From Heterodontus francisci (Eukaryota), in assembly GCF_036365525.1 (NCBI RefSeq), contig NC_090387.1, positions 70,953,535 to 71,017,534 on the forward strand: a DNA stretch of 64,000 nt. The letters are read 5' to 3'. Below are positions 48,956 through 63,307 of the stretch, in pieces. The notes beneath the pieces were generated by a model. It ran no database searches, had not been told where the DNA came from, and saw nothing but the letters and a program-made list of their open reading frames with translations. The stretch's first letter is position 1; every line of letters starts with the position of its first letter. The position numbers were made by a program, and so were the translations under genes.

Positions 48956-50483
48956 CAGCTGAGGCTCCAGCAGTGATTTGATCTTTAGGGTGGTGTTCTG
49001 CAAAAAAAAGGTTCCACCGAGCCACTCCTGCACTGGACACCGTCCCCTCTTTGATGTGCCCCTCTAGTAATATTCGGGTAGGGGTGTGATGGGTGGTCAG
49101 CATCACCACCTGACTGCAGGGTGAAATATTTCACTGACCAGAAGGTGACCAGTAGATGGCGCTCACACACCAAATATCCCTTCTGTCCCTCAATGAGGAC
49201 CCTCGACACGATGCTACCGGCTGGTGGAGGCCGTCTACCTCCTGCAGAAGGAATCCACTTAGGTTGGTGTCGCTTGCAGCAACTTTCAGAGTGAATTCTC
49301 TGGTTGGGTCCACCATAACCAGTGCCGGAGCCGACTGTAAATCTCCCTTCAATTGGACAAAAGCCTCCTCGCACTGCTGTGTCCACTCCCAGTCTACTCC
49401 CTTCTTAAGCAGGGCTAACAGTGGTGCTGACTTCCCACCATAATCCTCAATGAACTCCCTGCAATACCCGGTAAGGCCCAAAAATGATCGGTGGGCTGGC
49501 ACTGATCCCAGGCAGTTAAGCACCTCTATGATTTCCCACCTCCCCTGATCTATGCCAATTCCCCTGATCTGATCGTCAAGCCTAGAAATTGGACTTCCTT
49601 CTGTTTCATCTGCACCTTCTTGGGGTTTACTTTAAAACCTGCCTCTCGTAATAAAGCCAGGAATTCTGCCAAGATTCCTTATCGTCCCATTTACTCTCGG
49701 AGAAGAGGAGAAGTCAGCCACATATTGGTTGAGGTGGCCGGGTCAACTAAATCCTTTCAGGGCATCAGCCATACACTGGTGGAAGATGGAAGGGCTGTTA
49801 TGAAAGCCCTGGGGCAAACATGTCCAGGTATACTGCTGATCCTTAAATGTGAAAATGAATTTGTACTGGTCCTCCTTCCTTACCAGGATGGGCCAAAACC
49901 CATTCGATATATCTAAAACAGTAAATATCTGGGTGCCGACTGGGATAGCAGCTTTCAAGTCTGTCACAGCAGCAACCATGGGGGCACAAGCTAGGATGTT
50001 CTTATTGAAGACCTGGTAGTCCACTGTCATCTTCCATGACCTGTCTGGTTTCTTCACTGGCCAAATGGGGGAATTGACATGGGTAGCTATCAGTCAGAGA
50101 ACTCCCTGTCCCACTAGGGATCTCATTGCTTTCTCTAAGTCATCCTCTGCCTCTCTTGGGAAGGTTTATTGTTTCTGGGGTCACACGGTAGCTTCCCCAT
50201 CTATTTGTCCCTCCATCCCAGCCACCCTTCCACAATGAGGCCCTCTGTTCCTCAATTAAATCTTTATATTCGGATCGGCTATTCTGTATCAGGGCATCAG
50301 TGTCATACGATCTCAATGAAATGATCGGCTGCCTTTTCTGGTTCTCCCAGGGAAGACCACAACCCCATCTTCTCCTAATACCCCTCCCCACAAGTAACTA
50401 GTCCCCATATCTACTGTCACCTGGTGGCAGAGCATCCAGTCTGCTCCCAAAACTCCTACTCCTGTGTCTGACCACTTGGCCAG
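48955..50483 (-). mobile_element. Duplicate of the retroviral pol remnant (protease-RT-tether only), cut off at the duplication junction
   Basis: ORFs 49743..50057 and 49131..49523 are nearly identical to their copy-1 counterparts. RNase H and integrase are absent. Confidence 0.92.
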
Positions 50484-51709
50484 AATTCTGGCACAGCCGG
50501 AAGCAGCAGCCTTCCATCCTGGATTGGGACTTGCAGCACCTTATGGGGAATTCTGGAGCACAGACCAACCTGCTTCAGAAACGGTGTTACTCTGTGCCAT
50601 TGGTGCTGTGAGATTCTGGTGTGTCACCAGAAACTGGAGCAGAGGCCTGTGCAGCTAGCGTAGCAGCCCCTAGAGCATCTTAAAGATGCACTAATTCCAT
50701 CTCCAATGAGTTTGTTTCTTCTTTGAAGTGCAAACTCACTTTTGTATTCAGCACCAAGCCCCCATCAGCCCCTCTATTCGACCACCGTTCCCCCTCAATC
50801 CCCCACTGCCACATTGTGAGAATCTTAGCAATTCTAGGTACATTTTTAATGAAGACTGAAGCAGCCATTTAGAGACATTTGTTTGGGAATTTGCCTTCCC
50901 CATCCCAAAGCTATCAGTCACATTTCATAGCCAAGGTGATACCATAGACATTCCTTTAGGGAATCTACCAACTCTTCTCAAGATGACAGGTGACGAGAGA
51001 GTGGATCAGGAGCAGCAGAGGGAGGCTGCAGATGAATGAGAACAAGAAGCACAACAGGTGGAATTGTCACCAGCCCTTAAGCAGCAAGACAAAAGTGAAT
51101 CCATATCCACTTCACTTCATCACTGTCTATTGCAGGACCATTTCTGGATCAAGTTCCCCCGGCAAAAGGTGGTGAGGGGCCTACTTGCCGACAATGAAAC
51201 AATAAATGATTCCTGGCAAAGGAAGTGTAAAAGTAAGAAAACATTCCAGAGGGGTTTGCAGCTGTTGAATTTGAAAGGGAATGTGTGTGTTATAGACATG
51301 GCCTGACAAAACAGCACAAACAGAGTAAGGAGGGGACTGACATACTGTGGTAAACCTCTTCACATGGAAGGTTGGAAGTTCAGAAATTGCCCTCACCCAT
51401 TCCATTATGTCCAGCTATGCAGCCCTGACTATGTTTCGTTGAGGACCGAGCCCTTCATTCCCAAAATGGCACCTCTCAGTGCCTGTATCTCCTTCACAGT
51501 GGCTCTCTCAGAAAAAACAAGTTTGCCTTTCACCAAAGGCTGCGTTTGCTGACAATGCTACCACTAGGTGACGCTGCGGTGCCACTAAAACGTCACAGTC
51601 TGCAACTTCAGGCAGCTGCCAGGACTAAAGATGGCGCTGCTCAAATAATCACATGAAGGCAACATAACCTAAACACATGGCAGCACACAATGGCAGGAGA
51701 GAGAGAGCG

Positions 51710-52710
51710 AATGAGCGGACTGGGGTTCGAGCGGGGCCGGGGACAGGGATGGGGGTGGGGACCGTGGTGGGGACGGGGGTGGGGCTGAGGCTGAGGCTGA
51801 GGCTGAGCGGGACGGGACGGGGCCGGGGGTGAGCGGAGCAGGCCGGGGTGGGGGGGCAGTGCAGAGCGGGCCGGGGTGGTGGGGAGGAGCAGAACAGGCC
51901 GGGGTGGGGAGGCAATGCAGAGCGGGCCAGGGTGGGGGGGAAGAGCAGAGCGGGCCGGGGTGGGGGGGCAGTGCAGAGCAGGCCGGGGTGGGGGGGCAGT
52001 GCAGAGCGGGCCGGGGTGGGGGGGCAACGCAGAGCGGGCCGGGGTGGGGGGGCAACGCAGAGCAGGCCGGGTTGGGGGGCAGTGCAGTGTGGGCCGGGGT
52101 GGGGGAGCAGAGCAGAGCGGGCCGGGGAGGGGGGGAAGAGCAGAGCGGGCTGGGGTGGGGGGGCAGTGCAGAGCGGGCCGGCGTGGGGGGGCAGAGCAGA
52201 GCGGGCCGGGGTGGGGGGGGCAGTGCAGAGCAGGCCGGAGTGGGGGGGGCAGTGCAGTGTGGGCCGGGGTGGGGGAGAAGAGCAGAGCGGGCCGGGGTGG
52301 GTGGGAAGAGCAGAGCGGGCCGGGGACAGGACGGGAGCAAGCGAGCGAACGGGCCGGGGACGGGGGAGAGAGGAGCGGCCAGAGACAGCAGCGAGGGGGG
52401 GAGCGGAGCAGGCCAGGGCCGGTCGGGGGCAGTGCAGAGCGGGCCAGGGTGGGGGGGGAAGAGCGGAGCAAGCCGGGGACGGGACAGGAGTGGGCCGGGG
52501 AGGGAGCGAGCGAGCGAACGGGCCGGGGACGGGGGAGAGCGGAGCGGCAGGAGACAGCAGCGAGGGGGGGAGCGGAGAGAGCAGCGAGGAGGCGAGCGGA
52601 GAGAGCAGTGAGGGGGGGAGCGGCTGAAAAAGCGGAGCCACTGGAGAGAGCAGCGAGGGGGGGCAGGGGTGCGACCAGAGAGAGCAGCGAGGGGGGTGGG
52701 GGGTGCGGAG
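51710..52710. repeat. GC-rich minisatellite (unit approx. GGGGCAGTGCAGAGCGGGCCGGGGTGGG)
   Basis: Tandem ~30-bp units at the position equivalent to 6100-6840. Confidence 0.9.
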
Positions 52711-54054
52711 CTTGACGTATGGGTGAATACCCGTTAGCGTTGCATTGCTGTACGCATAAAGCGCATGCGCAGAGGCCAACCAGGCGCGTTGCCCGAAGAT
52801 GCACACGTCACGCGATGATGCCATCTGCGCATGCACTAACCAGTCCTGGCAATTCGGAACGCAGTGCACACGCAGAGAACAGGAGACCATCTGCGCATGT
52901 GCACACCTTGGCGCAGCCTGATGACGTCAGTGGGCGGCTACGTTGTCAGGAATCACTTTGTTCTCCAAACGCACCCCTCTTAAGCCCCACAGGAAGTGTC
53001 AGTGTAACTTTAAAGTTATACTCACGTCAGAAATTACCCACTCTGCCCCAGCTCTGTGAACTGGGTAAATGTGCTGACGATGCAGCACCTATATGCTAGT
53101 AAGGGGACGGTCCAAATTCTGGCATCTCCTCAGTGTGCCAGCCATGCCAAATGCCCCTGTGCCAGCAAGTCACCAGGGCCATAATTCCAGGTCCTGAATG
53201 ATATGCCAATAATGTCTGTCTCAGAGTTAAGGTGCACTTGGCCAAATCTCACTCCTATTTACAACTTCCATCAGTTTTACCAGAGCGGAAAAGCATCACC
53301 CAGATTGGGGCCGAGGCAGAGACAATTACATTTAGTAATATTTCACCTTTCAGTTTTATGTTGTCGTATTTGGAACTAGAACCAATATCAAACCAAGCCT
53401 CACCACATATCCTTCCTTATAAAATAATCCACATATAAAACAATCTCCCAAATATCCCTCCAAAACAGTCAAAAAATTGGGACCATTGTTTAAGTTGAGA
53501 GTTGACAAAGCATGAATACACAAAAATGTTCCTCTTCAAACACATTTCTCTCAGCTCTATCTCATTCCAACCAGCATTTCTCCACCAGCTGTTGTTTCAC
53601 TCTTCCTGCACCATAATAAATAAATATATATACATCTGCCAGCTGCATTCTGTCCTGGTTCCCAATTCCCATTTGAAAGTTGCACATCTGGCTCTCCTCT
53701 CTATTTTATCACAATTACTTGGAGCAGAGGCTGACTAGCACATGGGCCTACAGAACCCAGACAAGTATGTCCCCCCCACCCCCCCCCACCCAACACCCGT
53801 GCCTTTTCAGGAGTGAAATTAGGAAACATTTCTACACACAAAGGGTGACTGAAATGTGGAACTCTCTTCTGCAAATAGCAATAGATGTTAGATCAATTGT
53901 AAATTTTTAATTTGAGATTGATAGACTTCTGTTAGCCAGAGGTATTAAGGGATATGGGGCAAAAGCAGGTATATGGAGTTCGGTGGCAAATCAGCCACGA
54001 TGTGATTGAATGGGCAAACAGACTCGATGGGCTCAATGGCCTCCTCCTGTTCCT

Positions 54055-57000
54055 CTGGGATGTCTGGCTGGACGCCTGGTTCCAGTGAAGATGGGGTGGG
54101 GACACAGGCCACAGCACTCCAGCTCCTTCCAGAAATCTGCCGGTGATATTTACAGAATCTCACAATCTGCCCTGCTCAAGTGCCTCTGCCAGGTCACTGA
54201 TACCATGTTAACCAGGGTTGGTACTTACATCCACTTCGCTACTGATGAGGCCAGTCGGAATGAGTGGTCTTTCAGGTTTGCTGTTCAGACTGAATTCCCA
54301 CAGGTACAGGGAGTCATAGATTGCACACATATGAAAATCGAGGTGCCCTCAGATCACCCAGCAGTATTCATTAACTGAAAGGGATTGCACTTCATTAATG
54401 TTCAGTTGGTCTGCAACCACTGAAATATCATCAAGCCTGTCTGTACAAGACACCCAGGCAGCTGCCATGATTTCTTCATCCTGCACCAGTCAAGTTTCCC
54501 ACAGATATTCCACACCCCCAACCAGTCAGCAGATGGCTCCTTGGAGCCAAGGGAAACCTTCTAAAGACATGGCTGATGACACCTGTAGGGCGCCCTAGCA
54601 CTGACTCCCAGGAAAGGTACAACCAACGACACATGAGTGCAAGTGGTCATTGAGCAAGCAAACAAAATGCTGAAGGGAGCCTGCACAGATGTGGAATGTC
54701 TTTCAGTATGTACCAGCAAGGGTTTCGAGAACGAGAGTAGTGTTTTGTTCCTTGCACATATTCGAGCAGCAGAGAGAATTGATGCTGCAGGGCTGATGAG
54801 CACATTGCAACTTTGGAGGAGGAGGGAGAGGAGCTAGAGGAGGAGTCTGATTGGCCAAGGGATATAGACACCTCAAGTAGTTGCCAGGGATGCTGGGATG
54901 ACCTGACTAAGGCAAGCTTCAGCCAATCTGAAAAGGTGCAGCCATCTGTCAGATCAATTCTGAACCCTCTGTGCCCTCCCGATCCCCCAGCACAAAGAAG
55001 CCCACAATAAACAATCCATCGCTCTCACTGACACCCATTGCTTGTCTTTACCTCTGCTCCTACCATTCTTCACTGGGTAGAAGGTCACTTGGCAGACATC
55101 AGGCAAAATGGGGAGGATGGGGCAATGGAGTTTTGAAACAAAGTTTATGGCTGATAAACTTAAAACAGAAATGTGACAATGTAAAACAGTGTTAAACCCT
55201 CAAGCGAATACCGTTGTGTAAATAATTTCTCTTCCTTTCTCTTGCAACCCCTGCGACTTCAGCAGAGGCAGAGGCAAGCTGTTCGTTTCCTGCTCAGATG
55301 CTCTCGGCTGATGTCCTCTGGGTTTCGGAGCCCATGAGGGCCCTGGCGAAGACTCACTCATCTGTACCTGTGTGGTGGAAGACCCGGCCATCAGAACAGA
55401 AGGCAGCATGTGCGGATCTGACTGACAGAGGGGCGACAAGGGGTGAGGAGAGGAAGCACCTTAAGCAGAGGCCCACTTCTATCTGCCCTTTCTCCATCTT
55501 CCCTCTCATGACCCAGCCCAATTTCCTGCTAGTCAAGAGCTGGAGAGCAATTTGCTGCTGTTCAGTGAGGCACTGAACGGTCAAGGTGAAACTTTCCTCC
55601 ATCCTGTTTAAGGTGCCTGACTGAGTACACAGGCCATTGGTGAGGGCCAACATGCACTTGGTTACATACTGGCTCTGATGCTCTATGTAGGTGGTCACTC
55701 TTCCTATGGATGTAGATATTAATAGAAAGACCTGAGACGTCATGGCACTCATGTTAGAATCGGACTCCTCCAACCTCTTTCCAATCACTTGCAGTGCCAC
55801 TGGAAAGGCTGACAGAACCTCACATACTTACTGTTGCTGCTCCAGAATAGTCCTATTTGTCAACGATCCTGCATCCTCCAATGGCAACTCTCCACTGCTG
55901 TCCCTGTCTCCACCACCTGCTCCTGCTCACTTGTAATGTAGGCTTTACCATGTGACAACCCAACTACCTGTCTTGGCGGCCCAACCAGGTGTGTGTGTCT
56001 CCCTTATTGAGGGATGCACATGAGTCCTGTGAGGATGTTTCTTCACAGCGAGTGACCTCCTCTGAGGAGTCTTCATCGTCCTCCAGCAGCACCTCCTGAG
56101 GGACACTTGTAGGACTTGTGAGAAATGAAAGGCATGCATTAAAACTGATAGGGTGGGAGGGTTCTAAGCCATCATTGTGCAGATCATCATTTCTCAGTGG
56201 TTACTAACATGGTCGACATGAGTAAGTGTTGTATGCCGTGCGGTTGTGTGATATTTCATTTTGTCACCAGGTAGCTAGGAGACGCCCATCATTCAATTTC
56301 CAATGGTTAAGCATGTCAAGACCCATCTTACCTCCAGTGCTTCTCCACAGCTGTCCATATGGAGATGACTGGAGGACCACCTCTGGTTCTCTGCCTCCCC
56401 CTAGTGCTCTGCGCTCTCTTTTCCTGCAAGGAGAGAAAGAAGAGACCTATGAGTGTGAATTGTGGAATGCTTTGAGATGGTGGAAAGCCAAGATTTGTGG
56501 AGGGTCATTATGAGGAACAGGTGTGACATGACGAGATAATGTTGAGTGTCAGATGTGACTTGTCAGATGGGGATGTGAGGAGGTGCCTTGAGGGAGAGGG
56601 ATGGGTGCACCTGTAAGGTTGTTGATCTGAGGAGTGATGTGCAGCAGAAGATTGGGAAGGCAAAATGAGCGGAGCTGCCTATGAATGTGCCATGCTACTC
56701 ACTTTTCCTGCCCATATTGGGTAATTGAAACTCTTGCAGCACTGTATCCAGGAGCAAAGCACCACACTCCTGCTGCTAACCTCCTTTGCCACACCCAGCC
56801 AATCCTGCTTGATTTCTGAGACTGTCCTCTTACTCATGTCCACGGGGAACAGAATCTCCCTGCGGGCCCTCACAGCCCACCGCATGATGTCCAGGTACGT
56901 ATTTGAGAAGCGTGGTGCTGCCTTTCTACATTGACAGTCCATCTGTGAAGCTCCTAGCTCTGTTTTGACACTTCTTGAATGCTCCCATTCTGACCTTGGC

Positions 57001-57125
57001 AGGGTCCCTTTAAATAGTGGAGCTGAAGCAGACAGCTGCGGGTCGTCATAACGCCCGCCTGCCCGCCCACTGTAATAGGTTGAGAAAACCAGAAGTCAGG
57101 TACAAATGCCGTGGGTCAGTTAAAA
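54055..57125. mobile_element. PIF/Harbinger remnant, duplicate copy
   Basis: ORFs 54010..54378 and 56679..56942 match copy 1. Confidence 0.88.
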
Positions 57126-57199
57126 AGCCACCAATAAGCGCACTGCTGAAACTTCTGGGTTCCCAATGTGTTGCTGGCCTTTCCCACAGCAAGTAGGTC

Positions 57200-58500
57200 T
57201 GATGGTGTCGAGCTTCTTGAGTGTTGTTGGAGCTGCACCCATCCAGGTAAGTGGAGAATATTCTATCACACTCCTGACTTGTGCCTTGTAGATGGTGGAC
57301 AGGCTTTGGGGAGTCAGGAGGTGAGTTACTCACTGTAGGATTCCTAACGTCTGACCTGCTCTTGTAGCCACGGTATTTATATGGCTACTGCTGTTCAGTT
57401 TCTGGTCAATGGTAACCCCCCAGGATGTTGATAGTGGGGGATTCAGCGACCGTAATGCTATTGAATGTCAAGGGGAGTTGGTTCGATTCTCTCTTGTTTG
57501 AGATAGTCATTGCCTGGCACTTGTGTGGCGCGAATGTTACTTGCTACTTATCAGCCCAAGCCTGGATATTCTACATGGACTGCTTCAGTATCTGAGGAGT
57601 CATGAATGGTGCTAAACATTGTGCAATCATCAGCGAACAACCCCACTTCTGACCTTATGACTGAAGGAAGGTCATTGATGAAGCAGCTGAAGATGGTTGG
57701 GCCTAGGACACTACCCTAAGGAACTCCTGCAGTGATGTCCTGGAGCTCAGATGATTGACCTCCAACGACCACAACCATCTTCCTCCGCACTAGGTATGAC
57801 TCCAGCCAGAGGAGAGTTGTCCCCCTGGTTCCCATTGACACCAGTTTTGCTCGGGCTCCTTGATGTCATACTCGGTCAAATGTTGCCTTGATGTCAAGGG
57901 CAGTCACTCTCACCTCACCTCTTGAGTTCAGTTCTTTGGCCCATGTTTGAGCCAAGGCAGTAATGAGGTCAGGAGCTGAGTGGCCCTGGCAAATTGAGCA
58001 TCACTAAGCAGGTTGTTGCTAAGCAAGTGCCACTTGAACGCACTGTCGACGACACCTTCCATCACTTTACTGATGATTGAGAGTAGACTGATGGGGTGGT
58101 AATTGGTCGGGTTGGATTTGTCCTGCTTTTTGTCTACAGGACATACAATTTGCCACATTGTCGGCTAGATGCCAGTGTTGTAGCTGTACTGGAACAGCTT
58201 GGCTGGTGGGGTGGGGGGAGGGTGGGTGCTAGTTCTGGAGGACAGGTCTTCAGTACTATTGCCAGAATATTGACAGGACCCATAGCCTTTGCAGTATCCA
58301 GTGCCTTCAGTCGTTTCTTGCTATTACGCGGAGTGAATCGGATTGGCTGAAGTCTGGCATCTGTGATACTGGGGACTTCAGGAGAAGGCCCAGATGGCTC
58401 ATCAACTCGGCACTTCTGGCTGAAGATTGTTGCAAATGCTTCAGCCTTATCTTTTGCACTGATGTGCTGGGCTCCCCAATCATTGAGGATGGGGATATTT
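57200..58500 (-). mobile_element. LINE RT fragment (CR1/L2 group); mostly missing from copy 1 (10550-10810)
   Basis: KKQDKSNPTNYHPISLLSIISKVMEGVV, plus an LDIKATFDRV-like and a GVP-GSVLGP-like motif. Confidence 0.85.
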
Positions 58501-60280
58501 ATACATCCATTGGGACCTTTAAAGACTGTTGTGGTCTGGCACTCTCATTCATTAGTAGTGATTGTGACATTGCCAGCTTTGTAGATTTTGCACTGTGTAC
58601 CTTTAGAAATACAAAGATATTGGGTGTTTTTCTCTCTCTCTCTTTTTCTCAAATGATAGTTGGGTCGTGCAAAGTAAGTGAGGAGATCACTAAATAATGC
58701 AGCACTTTCACCATGTATGGGAAGAAACTCCATGGGTCACCCAACATCTTCCCCATTTTAACTTCAATAGGCGTGTGCCAGAAAGATCTGAAATTAGGCT
58801 GGGACTCACCTTACAGGAGGCATTGTGTGAGATGAAGGTTCAGTCCCTAGTCCCAAGACCAGCAGTGGAAGAAAGACGGGGACAACTAATGCTTGGAGTT
58901 GCCAGATCACCAGCTCGGAGTGGGATTATCAGTCCCTTGTGCGGAGGCCACAGCAAGTCTGCATCTGGTGGGAATGGGCCCCAGCTAGGCGTCCAGGCTG
59001 GAATCATGATGGGGGTCTGGCTTTTGCACTTGTGGCAAGCAGGACAGAGCTACATTTCCTGCCCTGACCTCAAACACTCTGGTGGGGACAAATGCTAAGG
59101 CTTCCAGCAGCCTAGCCTGGGATCCACAGCCTGTGGATATTTGAGTCAATGATCTCATGGGCAGAGATTCTGTCAGATTAGATGGTGATTTAGTTTTTAG
59201 CCTTTCTTCAGTATTTTCTACCTCTGGATTTGGTTGCTGAATTAATAATTTGTTTAGTGACTGATCTGTGTACACTTCTTAATGAAATAATGAGATAAAT
59301 TGAGCAGACATGTTACTTACACTTGCTCATCAATTTTCTATGAGGTTTTGCATGGCAAGTTGCTGTTCGGCAAACATCTACATGGCTCAATGCCTTCTAC
59401 AGAGTGTCTGGCACCTGCGTGAACAGGGGAAGCAACTGTATGTTTCCTTAACCAGTCAGATAAAAGAATCATTATTGAACAGTGCAGAGTCTGAAACAGG
59501 AAGTGGCAATTAGAATATTAGATTCAATGTTGAATCAGTACAGAAAGCAAAATAAAGGGGGGAAGAAAGACTGGACTAAGAGAGAGAGACGTAAGAGACA
59601 GAAAGAATCATTTAAAAGGATTTTTACTTTAATTTTGTTCAATCTCCAACAATAATTAGAAGCTGAAGAAATGAGACTCCATAACTTTAAAATTCATTTA
59701 AAGTACCAGGAAGATTGTTTGGCAATAATAAAGACTTACTATAGTGTTAAAAGGCTACTGAAACTGGAATGGACAGGACTTGCTATTTTGGGTGAATTTA
59801 GTCCATATCAATGATGTTAGGAGTTTTCTGCCATCCAATTTTTTGGAATGATGTCATGCTCAGAAGGAGCCATGAGAAAATAAACAATGAATTGGAGCAA
59901 TTATTAAAATATGAAAACCTGCTAAACTGAACCACAAGAACATGGACACTTGTGTCACAGACAAAATGGAGTAGTGGTCACATGACCAAGGGTTGGCAAC
60001 ATGTCCTTACATGGACACCAGTGTCCATGGTAAACAATTTTGGGGTCTGTGATTGGTAATTTCAAAGATGAGAAATTTCCCATTGTCTTCTTCAGACTGG
60101 CTTTTAAAACAATTGCAAGTGTTAGTTTCACAGCTGAAGCAAAACAGTGCTTCCGAACTTTGGACAGATTTGTGGTTTTCTGGCAGGCTCTGATTTTTCT
60201 TTAAAAGTTTGCTGGAAAACCTTGAATTTGTGCGAAGATCAAATGTGCTGCTGCCACTTTCAGCAGCAGTCAGAGAGAAA

Positions 60281-60612
60281 GCGGCACAGTGGTGCAGTGG
60301 TTAGCACTGCAGCCTCACAGCTCCAGGGACCCGGGTTCGATTCTGGGTACTGTCTGTGTGGAGTTTGCAAGTTCTCCCTGTGTCTGCGTGGGTTTTCTCC
60401 GGGTGCTCCGGTTTCCTCCCACAGTCCAAAAGACTTGCAGGTTGATAGGTAAATTGGCCATTATAAATTGTTACTAGTTTAAGTAGGTGATAGGGACAGG
60501 TGGGGATGTTTGGTAGGAATATGGGATTAGTGTAGGATTAATATAAATGGGTGGTTGATGGTCGGCACAGACTCGGTGGGCCGAAGGGCCTGTTTCAGTG
60601 CTGTATCTCTAA
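60281..60612 (+). mobile_element. tRNA-derived SINE, duplicate copy
   Basis: Nearly identical to 12580-12912. Confidence 0.88.
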
Positions 60613-61548
60613 TCGAAAGAAGGGGAGAGTGGGTGGGGAGTGCATAGTGATAGAAAGTATGGGAGAGAGACACAATGGGGGACAGAGAGCGGAGAGAGAA
60701 AGAGTGGGAGAGAGTGTGGGAGAGGAAGACAGTGAGGGGTACAGAGAGAGAGAGTGAGGGTACAGAGAGAGTGGAGGAGAGAGAGTGGGAGAGAGGGGAC
60801 AGAGAGAGAGAGACTGGGAAAAGGGCGGACAGAGAGAGAGTGGGGGAAGAGAGAGTGGGGGAAGAGAGAGTGGGGGAAGAGAGAGTGGGGGAAGAGAGAG
60901 TGGGGGAAGAGAGAGTGGGGGACAGAGAGAGAGAGGTGGGGGGATAGAGAGAGAGAGAGGTGGGGGGATAGAGAGAGAGAGAGAGAGGTGGGGGGATAGA
61001 GAGAGAGAGAGGTGGGGGGATAGAGAGAGAGAGAGGTGGGGGGATAGAGAGAGAGAGAGGTGGGAGGACAGAGAGAGAAAGAGAGGTGGGGGGACCGAGA
61101 GAGAGAGGAGAGACAGAGAGAGAAAAGAAGGAACAGAGAGGGCAGGTCTGACACGGTGGTGGTGCTGGTGGGGAAACAACACAAGAGGGAAGCAACACAG
61201 AGAGGGAACGGACAACACAGGAGGGGGAGACAAAAGGGGGAAGGACAGCATGGGGGGGCACAGAGAGGGGGTGATCAGAGAGGGAGGCAGAGAGAGAGGG
61301 AGGAATAGAGAGGGTGGATCCGACATGGCAGGGGGATTAACATGGGAGAGAAGCAACACAGAGAGAGGATGGAGCAACACGGGAGGGGGGGTCAACACAG
61401 GGGGCAGACAGCACGGAGAGGGAACAATATGGGGGGACAACATAGAGTGGGGAACAGCACAAAGGGGGAGGGACACAGAGAGGGGGGCACAGTGTGGGAC
61501 AGGGAGGGAGAGACACACAGACAGACAAACAGAGGAGGGAGAGAGAGC
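60613..61548. repeat. GA-rich polypurine tract, expanded duplicate
   Basis: Contains extra tandem GAGAGAGTGGGGGAA and GAGAGGTGGGGGGATA units relative to copy 1. Confidence 0.9.
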
Positions 61549-63307
61549 AATCAAGATCACTCCTGATGGATGGATGGAAGTATATCTGGAATACTCCCCA
61601 TCACCTACACAAGAGTGCAGCCAGGCATTGACTACTTGTGCAAGCAAAAAAATGCCAGGTATGTCACTAAATCAGTGTCCAACATAGTAACAGGAAGGTA
61701 AGTCAATAAATTAGTCTTCTAATTTAAAGCTTCTTCACAATAATACACATTTGTTGTTTTGATTAATAGTAAGATAAATTTTAATGCCTTTATCTTTCCA
61801 AAATTATCTCACCGGTCCCCTATGTAAGACAAAAATGACAATGTGCCCCCCCCCACCCCCACCCCCACCCCCACCCCCACCCCCACCCCCACCATGCAAA
61901 AAGGCTGGACACCCCTGTTCCAAGCCTTGAACCATGTGTTTTAACATAACTTAGCAGCTAAGTTATTTTAAAAGTCAAGTTTAAAGGCCTGTGTTGTGTA
62001 AACTCATTTTAAAATGGCTAAAGTCACTTAGGGAATGTCTCGATTTCTCTGCTCTGGCACGCATTACTTTCACTTGGGACACAAGCTCAGTAAGATGTTG
62101 AAAGTTACTGGACTTTACTTCGATATAAATATCATAATTCTGCTGCTATCCATTGGGAATCATATTGTTCCAGAACTTGTATTAAGGGGGAAACAGGCAA
62201 GAAAATCCAAAGAATCTCCAGAAGTCAGCACTGTACGTTCTTTGTGAATACAAGACTATGGTGTATTGGGGCTGAGTCATATTGGCGAAAACATGATGCT
62301 GCTGATCCAAATACAATAGTTAGGAAATCACAGATAGTTTTAATAAGCTTTAATCTATGATGAACTGTCTATGATTCCTTAACAAAATCCATGCTGCAAA
62401 AATTTGCAGTTTTAAAAACTGTCAGAGAAGACGTAGTAAAAAGTTATTATGTTTCAATGACCATATTAGAAACAGTCATTAACTGCTTTTTTGCTGTGAA
62501 TTGTATTACAGGACAAGTGTTGCAAGTATGTCAAAGATCAGTAACTTCAATGTGCATCATTTACTATCCAGTTTGATGGCAGATAACCTGAGAGGCCAAT
62601 GTCATTTGAAGGTTGTCTGTATCATATAATTACATTACATTATAAGTGCACCTTTGCTAATAGGTAAGAGATTTGGCTTGGACATAAATTGGTTAGTCTG
62701 GAGTACAATCTTACAGATGGTGACTAAACATTTTGCAATTGAATAATACATGCAGTAACAACCGCCCAACCTTTTGCAGAAAAGCTTTTTGTTAGTAACT
62801 ATCTTGTCAGAGCTGAGTCAGAATCAACAGTGATAGATTACGATATAGACATAAATGAATTTAAGAGAATTGCTTCATTAGAGGAACTGAAGGGCGCTCT
62901 TTCTTTGTAATTGTGTTTATCTAATTTTGTCACTATTTTGATTGTTAACTAGCTAAAACAGTTGTGCTGCTCTCCATTGATGTTTGTATGCTTAGCTACT
63001 TTATTTATAGGGAGAAATGTGTTTTAAACAGGACTTTGATTTTATGGCATTAGGTTGGCTGGACACTTTATATACAGAGTAATTGCTCCCATGTCCGTGG
63101 CTGTCAATAATTTTGTCAAAGGTCCGTGGTGCAACATGTCAGTGCCTATCCCTGTACGTGATTCCTCCTGTACTGGTAATACACACCTCTGTTGAGGATG
63201 AACCTTGTTCACCTTATCTCAAATAGCTCTGAGGAGAAGCAATTGAAATTGAAAGGCACACCATTGCATCCTATCTACAAGAATGAACTAACAAAAGGTT
63301 TTGGAGT

